Origin: Lytechinus pictus | Taxonomy: Eukaryota | Reading direction: 5' to 3' | Assembly (NCBI RefSeq): GCF_037042905.1 | Contig: NC_087251.1 | Span: 32,800,001 to 32,864,000 of the forward strand | DNA: 64,000 nt | In this document: positions 1 to 12,300 of the stretch, piece after piece | How positions within the stretch are numbered: position 1 is the stretch's first letter | Layout of the letters: every line of letters starts with the position of its first letter | Made by a program: the position numbers and the translations under genes | Notes under the pieces: model-generated | Told to the model about the DNA's origin: nothing | What the model saw: only the letters and a program-made list of their open reading frames with translations | Databases searched by the model: none

Positions 1-40
1 ACTGGGAGATAACAATCAAATTGAAATTCAAAGCGTAAAG
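1..40 (+). CDS. TTC13: Possible 3' end of an upstream TTC13 exon (..LGDNNQIEIQSVK)
   Basis: Open frame 2-40 ends in AAG|GTAAAG at phase 0, compatible with the phase-0 exon at 3262. The acceptor lies outside the window. Confidence 0.45.
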
Positions 41-957
41 GTAAAGTCAACACAGTTTTCATATGTGCAATTAATCATTTTGTTTCCTTGATATCCAATT
101 CCTGTCAATACAAATTTTCCTTTTATGTCCCTGCAGAAAACTACATGTAAGCGTGTGCATATTAATGTACATAAATGTTTTTAAAAATTTCCCAGTGTAC
201 CTATATTTAAATCACAGGTTAAGCATTTTTGATCTTCCATATTGTCCAAGTTAAAGCAGTTTTTAAGACAATATTATGCAAAACATGTGTTATTATAATA
301 ACTCCTCTAATTTGAAAGTTCTCTTACATAAGCCTAAGGTGGAAATATTTCTTTGGACCTTAGACCACATTGAGCAAATCATGTGTTATGTAACACTTCT
401 AATTTGAAATTCTCCTGTTAAAGGCGAACAGAGTAATGGGGTCCCAATATATTTGACTAGGAAAAAATTACCTGTATGGACAAATACATGTACACATTCA
501 GACTCGGTGATCCTATACAGACCATTCTCACACTTCAAAGTACTCAGTTACAAACTGCACAGCTCTCTAATAGTTCACCAAAACTGACCTTTGTTCTGAT
601 AAAATTCTTTATTTTTTAAATGATTATATTCAGTGAACCATGTCGGGATAGTCGGGATAGTCACAATTCAACCATGATAATTTATAGTTTATGAATGGAT
701 ACATACGTACACATTTCATGCTATCAATCTATTCACCAAACTGTTTGGGCGACGTGTACCATGTACATCTATTCATGAGCTCTTTGTATAGTATTTCTCC
801 CATCTGTGTACACTAATATAGTTCACACAGGTGCCACTATAGTCAACCACTCTGCACTGTAAGATCCGAATGATGAATGTCCTGCTCTTCATGTAAAATC
901 TTTACTATGAAATACTTTGAAAATGTAAATCATACAAATTCTGATTCTTTGCAGTAA

Positions 958-1121
958 TACCTTGGTCACATTTGCTCTACGGCGACTGTATGGCAAGTCG
1001 AAAACAGCCGTTCTAACATTATTTGCACCAGCTACATATAGGTGGTTTGAAAACAAAAATCAATAAAACGGCTGTTTTCGACCTGCCGTACGGCGGCCGT
1101 AGAGCAAATGTGACCGAGGTA
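958..1121. mobile_element. Palindromic MITE (TACC...GGTA), TAA flanks; family copies at 19173-19334 and 52415-52565
   Basis: About 50-bp terminal inverted repeats TACCTYGGTCACATTTGCTCTACGG...GTCGAAAACAGCCGTT. TWA on both sides suggests a 3-bp TSD (PIF/Harbinger-like). Confidence 0.85.
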
Positions 1122-1255
1122 TAACACATACTGTAGGTTCTTGATCATTTCTGTCGGGTCATAGTGTACCAAAGAAAAAAATGATTGAAAGATTAAAAAA
1201 TTTTCTTGATTTTTATAGAACACTGATGGATTTCCATACATATGAGGTTGATCAG

Positions 1256-1563
1256 GGCCCTGTCTTACAAAGAGTTACGATTGATCCGATCAATCGTAAC
1301 TCTATGGAAATCCATTAGTGTCATAATTATTTCTACAAAAAAATTTGCACCATGTCCGTTGTATGCAAAGAGAAGCGTAGTGAATTTTCAAGAAAACAAT
1401 GCATGCATGAATATACATCATCCATGTAGCTAGAAAATATTTTGAACAATTATGCATAATACATGTTGACGTTGCGGCCGTCCGTAGTTGCTATTGATCT
1501 GATCATGTAACTCTTTGTAAGACGGTGGCCCAGATCAATCGTAACTCTTTGTAAGATGGGGTC
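1256..1563. mobile_element. GGCCC-ended MITE (PIF/Harbinger-like), CAG TSD
   Basis: TIR GGCCCTGTCTTACAAAGAGTTACGATTGATC with the right end duplicated, CAG on both sides. Related ends at 26543-26640 and 35520-35663. Confidence 0.75.
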
Positions 1564-1604
1564 CAGGTGGACCAAAGACAAATTGAAGGAAATATCTGCT
1601 AGAA

Positions 1605-2768
1605 TTTTTGTCTCGCCTGCATAGCAGAGCGAGACTATAGGTGCCGCTTTTCCGACTGCGACGGCAGGGACGGCGGGGCGGCCGCGTCAACATCAAATCT
1701 TAACCTAAGGTTAAGTTTTTGAAATTACATCATAACTTAGAAAGTATATGGACCTAGTTCATTAAACTTGGGCATAAGATTAATCAAGTATTAGTGAACA
1801 TCCTGCTCGAGTTTCAGGTCACGTGACCAAGGTCAAAGGTCATTTAGGGTCAATGAACTTTGGTCAAGTTGGGGGTATTTGTTGAATTACTATCATAACT
1901 TTGAAAATTTATGGATCTAGTTCATGAAACTTGGACATAAGATTAATCAAGTATTAGTGAACATCCTGCCTGAGTTTCAGGTCACATGACCAAGGTCAAA
2001 GATTAATTTAGGGTCAATGAACTTTGGCCAAGTTGGGGGTATTTGTTGAATTACCATCATAACTTTGAAAATTTACGGATCTAGTTCATGAAACTTGGAC
2101 ATTAGGTTAATCAAGTACCACTGAATATCCTGTGCGAGTTTCAGGTCACATGACCGTGGTCAATGGTCATTTAAGGTCAATGAACTTTGGCCGTGTTGGG
2201 GGTATTTGTTAACTTACCATCCTAACTCTGAAAGTTTATGGACCTAGTTCATAAAACTTGGACATAAGAGTAATCAAGTATCACTGAGCATCCTGTACGA
2301 GTTTCAGGTCACATGACCATGGTCAAAGGTCATAAAAGGTCACTGAACTTTGGCCATGTTAGGGGTACTTGTTGAACTACCATCCTAACTCTGAAAGTTT
2401 ATGGATCTAGTTCATAAAACTTGGGATATAAGAGTAATCAAGTATCACTGAACATCCCCTGTGAGTTTCAGGTCACAAAACAAAGGTCAGTTAAGGTCAA
2501 TAAACTTAGGCCATGTTGGGGTAATTGTTGAATTGCCATCATAACTTTGAAAGTTTATGGATAGAGTGAATGAAATGTGGACATGGGTGTAGTTGACAAG
2601 TCTTAAGTCACCGTTCAAATGTCATTTATGGTCAATGAACGTGGTATTATGTCATTATATGAATGGTGTTTTTGTGAATGATTATTTTATAGTAGTTTTC
2701 AAAGTTAGCACTGCTGCTATATTAAATCGCGTAATGCAGGCGAGACTGCCAGAGGCGTTCCACTTGTT
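1605..2768 (+). mobile_element. Helentron/HINE (DINE-1- or Tsp-like) non-autonomous element with internal ~163-bp tandem array
   Basis: T-run start, subterminal IR GTCTCGCCTGCAT (1610-1622) / ATGCAGGCGAGAC (2734-2746), short 5' stem-loop, about 5.5 tandem units (phase points 1731, 1894, 2058, 2221, 2384, 2540), TT end. Confidence 0.75.
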
Positions 2769-3261
2769 TCTTAGTTAAATTTGGTTGCCTCTAATGATAT
2801 GATCCTGTTTGTTGCTGCCATATTTACTTCTTTGCCCAGCTTGCCCCTTGTCCCAACTTAGAAGGGTTGAGGTGTAAACAAATATGGCTGCCTGCACCAA
2901 ATTGGGTGATATCGTAACATAAGAGGGAGATAAATTCAATACATTCATAAATTCAATGAAAACAAAAATATCATACTCACAGATTGTCTTTTAATAGTTT
3001 ATATTTATTTGAGGTTTCAAATTTAATACCATGTGTAACCTAAAAATCAATCATGAAGTTTATTAGATCAAAACTAGATTAGAGTTTTCATTAATTTTTC
3101 ATAGGTGCCCTGATTAAAAAATAAAAAAAGTGATACACAAACAAATGGTCCCAAGAATACAACATTAGATTTACAATTTTATTAAAGCTAGGATGTCTTT
3201 ATCCTACTTAAATAGACTCCAATCTTGTATTATTGACCTATCCTGTTTTTTTCTCTTGCAG

Positions 3262-3337
3262 GATTATGCCAAGGTAGTACATGAAAAGAAGATGCTCCCA
3301 TTCCCATGTGGTGATGAAGATTTAGACTATAAGCTAG
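3262..3337 (+). CDS. TTC13: TTC13 exon (DYAKVVHEKKMLPFPCGDEDLDYKL)
   Basis: Pyrimidine tract + TTGCAG acceptor, G|GTATTA donor, phase fits the next exon. Confidence 0.8.
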
Positions 3338-6300
3338 GTATTAAAGACAGAGGCCCGTATTCTGAAGTCAGGTTTAACCATGGTCTAACTCTGTGCTAAA
3401 ACCATGGGGAGCCAAAGATTAAAAAATTCTGTTTATATTGTATATTTCTTAGGTTTACTATTTTGTTTCCTTTTGCTTTCATAAGGAAGAAATAATGCTT
3501 CAAAATACATCAGTTATTATTCCGAGACAATTATGAATAATTTGGGTGGCATGTGAGCTAATAAATTGAATGTGTACTGTTTGGGATTTGTTCCCCAATT
3601 GGCTTTCCATAGTTTAACCACGACTTTAAACCAAGGTTTAATTGAAATTAAAGTTCAGAATACGGGCTTGAGAGTTTTGTGCCTTTGATATTTTTACTTC
3701 CACCAGTGTAGGGGTAAGAGTATGTAATGACAGATCTATTCATATTTTTTCCTGAACAGTGAAGGGGGGGGGGAGAAAATCATGATATAATGGCTATTCT
3801 TTAGATGGGATTATGAAAATTATTCTACAAACACCTTCATATTTTTTCTCTTAAAAAAAAAAAAAATTCAGTTTTAAATAGGTTTGTACTGTTTCTCTCG
3901 TATTGTACATGACAGCATTTGCCCTTGCAATGATGAATACTGGGCGAGAGGAGATGGCCATTGACATTCTATCTGCCCTCATCAAGCAGAACCCTAAGTT
4001 TGTCGGGGCGTATCATGCTAGAGCAGTGGGATATGCAAGAAGAGGCATTCAGGTAAGATTCATGCTCTTCCATTTTTTTATTCATTTATTTATTCATTTA
4101 TTTTTTGGGGAAGGGGAATAACCAGCGTTTTCAAAGCTCAAATACAAATTCCAGATTCTGAATCCCAGTTTACTAAAATTTAGTCTCATTAGTCTCGTGC
4201 TTGAGCGCTTATATGAGCAGTCAGCTTACAAAGCCTGGGTAATGATAGCATGCGCTTTGTATCCTCAGGCAAAAATCACAATATAAAATCCAGCTATTAT
4301 TATTATTTCCTGGAATCTTTAAGTTTATTTTTATACAAAAATCTGAGAATAATGCAGCGAGACTGAACCTAGGCCTAATGACCCCCAAAAAAGTCAAGGC
4401 ATGTAAGACCTCTTTTGTACACACACTTCCTACAGTAGGGACTAAATCTCTTTTGCAACTGTGTAGACAAATTTTTAGCCACATAACCAGGCAGATAATT
4501 CTACAAAATAACATGAATATTGTAACTTGTTACATTTTCAATTATTATGTGATTTTAAGTTTTTGATTTCCCATAATTTCTTGAAGTGTTTTCATCTCCC
4601 CAAGATTACCTGGAGATGATTCAGACTTCCCAGGATTTAAGAAATTTCCCGGGGTTAAGCTTTATAGCCCACTTCGTTTTCACACTATGTTTTAGCAAAG
4701 TGGGCTAGCACGGTAAATAGTACGGTACTATCTGGCCCTGCAAAAAAGCAGGGTTAGCCGGCTTATTGTGGTGCTAGCACCACAATTGCGGTGCTAAGAG
4801 ATGCAGTGTGAAACGAAACCGGGCTAAGGAAAAGTGGGGCTAAGCAATAGCCAATCACAGAAGTCGAAATTGCACGTTAATCACACTCTGTATGGTAAAA
4901 TCATCAATATTCATGAGCTGTGGGATAGTCCGGGGTTAAGGCGTTAACCCCGGCTAAGCAGATAGTATGGGGTTAAGAAAGACAGTGTAAATCCAAAAAA
5001 AGATAGTATGGGGTTAAGGATAGTCCGGGGTTAAGGATAGTATGGGGTTAAGGAAATGCAATGTGAAAAGCATATATGTGTATGTGTCTGGGTGGAAGTG
5101 GGATGAACCAATAAATATACCAGAGATATCTTGTTTTCCCTGCTCTTGTAATTGAGCATCAGGGAAGTTTTGTTTTTATAGGGAATTGCTATGCTGATTC
5201 CAAAGTGTTGAAATAACTTTTGACTTTAGTGTGTTGATCCCCGTTTTTCCTATCCATGTTGTTAAGCAGGGGAGTATACATGTATGTGAGTGGCCATATT
5301 GTGTGTGTACTTGGTGCCTGAATACTCACCCCCCCCCCAAAAAAAAAAAGCAATATTTTGAAACTCTCCTGGAGGCTCGCAGCACTTGGTGCAACAGTAT
5401 ACCTTACTGAACAGGTATACAGAATATCACAAGGAGTTTGCTTTGTTACATCTAGGCCTAATGATTTCCTGCAGTGAAAAAAAAAAAAAAAGTGGGTGCG
5501 AAGGGCGATTAGACCTTGAAAATTTTTGAAATAGCCACCACGAACAAAAAAAGAACCATAATCAAATAATCTTTTAAGCAGCCCTCACAAACGGAATTTT
5601 AATGTCTACAGTTATTTCCGGTTCACAGTTATAAAGGAATTCGAATCTAAATATCAACTTGTTGAGTGTGTGCATTGTTTCTGAACCATTATGTTGTTAA
5701 TGTTATTAGGTTAACTGTCTGTAATGTGCATTCCTATGTATGTATTAATTCATTCATAATAATGTTTAAAAAAACAACAACTATTAAATAGAATCCTATA
5801 TATCCCAACATTTGTAAACAGTAGTATTGTTTAAATGAAAAGGTGAATCACCAGTCAACAAGTACATGTACAGTATTACTAGAGAGGTTTGTCATTACTA
5901 TTGTTTACCATGATTCACCGTGTACAGCTGTGAGAAGAGTCCAGCTGTTCACCTCTATATGTTAATATTACTTAACAAAAACACCTGGCATGAGAACAAG
6001 AATTGTATTTAATTTTTTTTTCAACAAGAGCACTGTATTGGGTTACTACCATTTATCTAGTGTTTTATTCATTTGTTTGCCGATGGAAATTTTGTAGTTT
6101 TCTTTACCTGTACACTATACCAATAGAAGCAAGCAATACAATCAAGTTTTATACCCCCTGACACCTATCTTTAAAAAAATACATGCATTGATCAGATTGC
6201 GGACTGTGATACTAGCAATTCAATGAAATTAAAAAAAAAATCAAAATTTTACTACTACTCACATACCTATTGAAATCCAATTGAAAATGACATAGTGTTT

Positions 6301-9300
6301 GTTGTTCAAACTCAATCTTGTTCATCATTTTTGCATATAGTAAGATTGATTTATTTCATTCAAAGTATAATTGATTAATAAAGAAATGTATTAAGCACTG
6401 AACATTATCCACTGTGAAGAGTCCCGAAGTTGCTACTTGTAATAGCCATCATTAGTCCGGTAATAGCACATTAGCCATCCTATTGCGCAAGCATCTCAAG
6501 AAATAAATATTCATGCAAGCCACCCATTTACTTACTACCCTGGGTCGTAAATGCAGCATAATGTGTATGACTTTCTGATAGAAGTAAAATTAATGTACAG
6601 GGCTTATATAAATCCAAGGCCATTGAAGGCTATTGCCTGGATACCCTGTTAAAGGGATACTCTTGGCTGAAAATAATTATATCTAAAAAAATAGAGTGAA
6701 ATTCACCAAATAAAATGCTGAAAGTTTCATCAAAATCTGATAACAAATAAAGTTAATGACTCTGGGGCCCGTAATCTGAACTCAGGTTTAAATTAAAGCC
6801 TGGTACAAAGTTGTGGTTTAACTATGGAGAGCCAAAATTGGGCTACAAATCTCTATTTTTGTAGTACATGTTCAATGTATTAACTGTTATGACACTCATA
6901 TCAATTATAACAGTCTCAGAATGATAACTGAAATACCTTCTTCATTATAAAAGCAAAGGGAAGCAAAATAGTAAATATAAGAAATATACAATATAAGCAG
7001 AAATTTTGAGTTTTTGGCTCCGCATAATTTTAGCACAAAGTTAGACCGTGGTCTGTTAAAGTTAAACCTGATTTCAGAATACGGGCCTTAAAGTTAAGCA
7101 ATATTTTGTGGAAACAGTCAGGCCTAATGAGAGATAACCTAAGAAGTGATTGGATATTGAGAGTATAAAAGTAATAATGAGAATGCAATTCATCAAGCAC
7201 TCGATTCCCACTTCCCACGCTCAGGGCACTAATTACCATTATTACCCTGGCTTTAGAGTGTTGTATGTGCTCTTATATTGCATTAACAACAGAAAGAAAG
7301 AACAAGGGACAAAGGCTGTCTGGAAAATACAATACAATCAAGTGGTAAAAAGAAAGAACACAAAATCCTAGTCAGCATTCAATATTATACTGATTCCTCT
7401 TCCCCTTTATATTACATGCAAGTGAAGGGGGGGGGGGGGCTTCATTCATCCATGTGTTGATCTTATTCAATATTACCTTAGTGCGGGGCATTTGCAGGTC
7501 ACTTGCCAGGGGTGAAGGCAATGGGGAATTATTATTTCCCATAAATGACTGCTTTTTATAATGCTAAGAAAAATATGATGAATTTATTTAGTGTAGCCAT
7601 ACATTATACTGTGTTTGGTATTCATGTTTATTTTACTATACACAAAATAATGATAATAGATAATACTAATACTACTACTACTACTAATAATAATAATGAT
7701 AATAATGATGGTAATGATAATAATGATAATAATTAATAATAATAATAATAATGCTAAAATTAATAATAATAATAATAATAATGATAATAATAATATATAG
7801 GATTAATATAGCAGCATTTTCATTTTGATTAAATGCTCAATGATCTACTTAAATGAGCTACAAAGTTTAGTATTCTATAATGTAGATGATTAACGAATAA
7901 AAAATGCCATAATTGGGGAAAAATGAACACACGAAAGAGTATACTGAAAGGAAGATAACCCCAAAGGATACGGTATGGGAGGCACACAAGTCATGCAGAA
8001 CAAGGACGAGAGACAGTGATAGAGGAAGAAAGGAGATGAGAGAGATCTAGAATACAAGCACAAAACAGGATGTGAATAAAAAGGGAAATACCCTCTCCCT
8101 CTCACCCCCCCAAAAAAAAGCAAAGAGAGAAAAATGGGTAACGAGGAATAAAGATACCCGAGAAAGAGAGATGAAGGAGGGGGAAGGGGGTAGGGACATA
8201 ACTTTCTTCTGTGATGGTGATAATTGTACTCCTGTTTCAATTAATTCAATTTTAATTTTAATTCAATTTTAGGTCCCGAAATCAATCACAGGTCTTGCAA
8301 CCTATTGTGATTGATTTTTGACCCCATTTGCTCAACCAAACTATAACTTCATTTCCTTTCCAAAATTTTGTATTGATTTTTATGATTGAAATTGAACAAC
8401 TTTTTTTTAATTTTTGTTACAATTGTGTTTGTGTTTTTGTTTTTTTGTTCTGATTTTTGTTCTGTTTTGTTATTCTTTGTGTTTGTTTGTATATTGCACA
8501 GCCTCTCTGAAAACCAGTCATTGGCTTATCAAGGGCTTTTTATTGTGTTTAAATAAAATCAATAAAATCAAATCAAATCAAATTATCCATGATATGTTGA
8601 ATATTACTTCTGTATGATTTTAATTCTCAGCACCCTATGAATGCTGCACTGGCTATACAAGACTTCACCAGGGTGATTGAAATCAGTCCTAAAGATCCAA
8701 TCGGATGGGAAAAGAGAGCGGAGGTAAGCTATGAGATTGGAACCTCATTTCTTATTTCCACTTAAAACCTAATAATTGCGACATTGATTTGTCTCGGCAA
8801 TAGTTATGAAAGCTGTTTTTTTTAACTGATGTACCCAGTACATGTAATTAGGAAGTCTCCTTGAGGTTGTCCAGTATTTCTGGTTAGAAGTCGGCATCAT
8901 TTGCTTCCTTCTTCAGACATATTACTGCATACCTGCCTTATGTTCCTATTGAGTGGGAACATTGCTATTTTAACCTGTATGTTCCTACTCTCTGAAAATT
9001 TTGCGTTGTGATTTAGGAAAATTAGAAGGATGTTCCTATTTCGAGTAGTTTCTAAAGCAATTGGATCCTATTTCTTGGCTGTCAGCGTTGCCAGATATGT
9101 AATCCTTTTACATGTATGCACAAAATATTTACCAGAGCATGCAATGATAATAGCAATACGATAACAGTGCTAGTGTAATGTAATAATGATAATGATAAAT
9201 GGTATTTTATTCTGTCTCTGGGCAGGTCTTTTCAACACAAGGAAGGAATCGAGAAGCATATGGCGATATATCAAAAGCACTTGACTTACGGCCTACAGCC

Positions 9301-12300
9301 AAACTATACAAGTACCGAGGTTACATGATGTTTAAAGAGGAGGTATGTCATATTTGATAAACCTATCAATAAATTTGATAGAGGCTTCATTTACATCCAA
9401 TTGGCAAATTTGTTTGATTGATATTCATTTCTAGGAATTTTAGTTATTCTCCAGGTCTTATGGAAAGTAATGATGTAAATTACATTTCATTATAAGATGA
9501 AGGACAGATGTAACAGGGTATTGTAAGATGGCCATTTGAATGGAACTTTGGTAATGTAAAAAAAAAAGGATAGAAAGATGTTTTGTTGCCAACAAGCTTG
9601 GCGAAAAATAACGCTTTCATTAATTGTGTGGGAAATATAATTCCTATAATTTATATGATTGCCCTGGTAATTGGATGAGGCTGTTGTTAAAAGAGACAAG
9701 GTTTGCTATTATAATATTTGAGACTTATTTGAATCAAATTTGCTCTAATAAACTGAATATATTTTAAGTTATTTACTTCAAGATTGTATTATGAGCTCAA
9801 TTTCATTTCAGCTAGAGCCTCATTCCCACTTTCATGCGAGCCGTTACGAACGCCACGATTGGCCTTTCGAAACTGATCGCAAATTTGTTTTAGAATATTA
9901 GAATTTTTCATACAATCAATACGATTGCCACGGCTGACGAGATATGATCTTATATGATCACTACAATTACTCCACGATAAAGACCACGGATTCAATTGTG
10001 GTGCAAATCGTGATGGTGGGAACTAGATCTAACAAAGTTGTTAATTGGCCATCTCTCCCAGTACTAACCTTCTTATCCAAAGGTCAAGTCCACCCCCCAA
10101 AAAAAGTTGATTTAAATAAATACAGAAAGATCAAACATGAATAACGCTGAAAACTTCATCAAAATCGGATGTAAAATAAGAAAGTTATGACATTTTAAAG
10201 TTTCGCTTATTTTTCACCAACAGTTCTATGCTCAACTCAGTGATATGCAAATGAGAGAGTCGATGATGTCACTATTTCTTTTGTTATTTATTGTTTGAAT
10301 TGTACAATATTTCATTTTTTACAGATTTGACAAGAAGGACCTACTTGACTGAACCATATAGTATTAAACAATGCTCATTCCACATGATCAGCAAGGAATT
10401 AATCGTTGTATTACTTGACAATGAGGAGAAAATTAGAATATTTCATGTAATAAAATATAACAGAAATAATTAATGGATGACATCATCAGTCTCCTTATTT
10501 GCATACCGAGCAGGGTGTGCATATAACTGTTTTGTGAAATTAAGCGAAAATCCAAAATGTCATAACTTTTTTATTCTATATCCGATTTTGATGAAATTTT
10601 CAGTGTTTTGCTTCGTGGATTTTTCTCTTTTTATTTAAAACAACTTTTTGTTGGGGTAGACTTGTCCTTTAAATAGCGTAAGAGCCATCTCTCCTAGTAC
10701 TAACCTTCTTATTCAAATGTTGATGATTCCTACTCAAAACATGTATTGCCCATTTATAGCTGACTCTTAGAGTGGTTGTTTTGAGCAAACAAAAATATTT
10801 GTAGTCTTCTATATCATTGAACATCTTAGAAATCTCTGTCAAAGCCCTTGCCTTCATTAATGATATAGTAATAATATTATTCCCCTTTTATATAGCAGTT
10901 ATCATATCAGTAGACCTACAATATCTCTAAAACACTGTACAGATATGCCCACATACATTGTATGCACAATACAATGCCCACATTCATTGTATGCACAATA
11001 TTCCCTCCCTGGGGATTTACACCTGTGGAGCTCTATGGCCTAGTGGATTAGTTTTCTTACTTTGAAACAAAGGGTCATGGGTTCGAATCCCAGCCATGGC
11101 GTAATTTCCTTCAGCAAGGAATTCATCTACGTTGTGCTGCACTCAACCCAGGTGAGATGAATGGGTACCTGGCAGGAATTTATTCCTTGAAATGCCACGG
11201 CGCTGTAAAAGGCTGCGGGGCTACAGCCAGGGTAATAATATCCAAGTCCTTTGGAAGCCCATAGGAACGTTATAACATAATGTGATATGCGCTATACAAG
11301 AACTGCATTATTATTATTACAGCTTTTATCAAAATGACTTCTATTAAAAAACCCCACCATTTTAGTTATGTCTGCCTACTGAAACAATCCTTGCATTCTT
11401 ATATGCAGAAAAAAAGATTATTGCACTATTTTATCATTACTTGATATTTTATGTTTTGTTTTCAACTTCCTCGTAGAAATATGTAGCAGCAACCAAGGAT
11501 TTGATGGAATCAGTTCAAAAAGATCAGACACAATTAGACGTTGTTCATCTACTGGCAATATCCTTATATCATCAAGGAAAATTACATGTATGTATTGGAA
11601 GTATTACATTCATTGTGCTGTGTCTTTTATTAATTAGGAGAAGGCTTTGTGCGGGGATGATGTGTTTATAAAGCCTTGCAGAGTAATAATGATTATCAAT
11701 GCCATTAGCCCTTTAGAGCAGTGTTTCAACAGATCCAAAACAAATTTCCCAAAACTGAATCTCAAATTTTCTGAAATTCAAAGACATTTCCTAGAATTTT
11801 CAATTTTTGTTTTTTAACAAAAGTCAGATATTATTGAAGGGAACCCAAACTGGGTCCAAGTGACCAAAATCAAGGAATTCAACCTTTTCTGTTTTCAAAA
11901 TAGCAACAAAATTACATAATGCGAGTGTGGAATGCGAGCAGAAAACGTTGAGTATGAGTAATGCATGTGGCAAACAATTCTTTGAATATAACATGAATAT
12001 TGAAAGTTGTTACGTTTAATTGTAGTTTAATTGTAATTGTCTGAATTTCCTGGAATTTTTTCATTTCCCGAAAATTACCTGAAAATGATCCGGATTTCCC
12101 GGAATTCAGGAAAACCCTAATATTTTTTTTTCTTGTTCATGAAATTAGAGATCGGTATACTGTAAGAGATGAAATAGACATGAGATAAATAGAAATTACA
12201 TCAAGAGATATTCTATGGGAATGTGGCTGAAATTATAAAGATAAAAGAGCTCTAAACCTTTGTATATTATTAGCAAAATAACACTATTCAATAGATACAA

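Noticed and set aside
1731..2640. CRISPR-like array
   Set aside because: Units are contiguous tandem repeats with no unique spacers, no cas genes, and a eukaryotic context.
11027..11100. tRNA gene
   Set aside because: A and B boxes are present, but the cloverleaf is degenerate and continues into a SINE body and tail.
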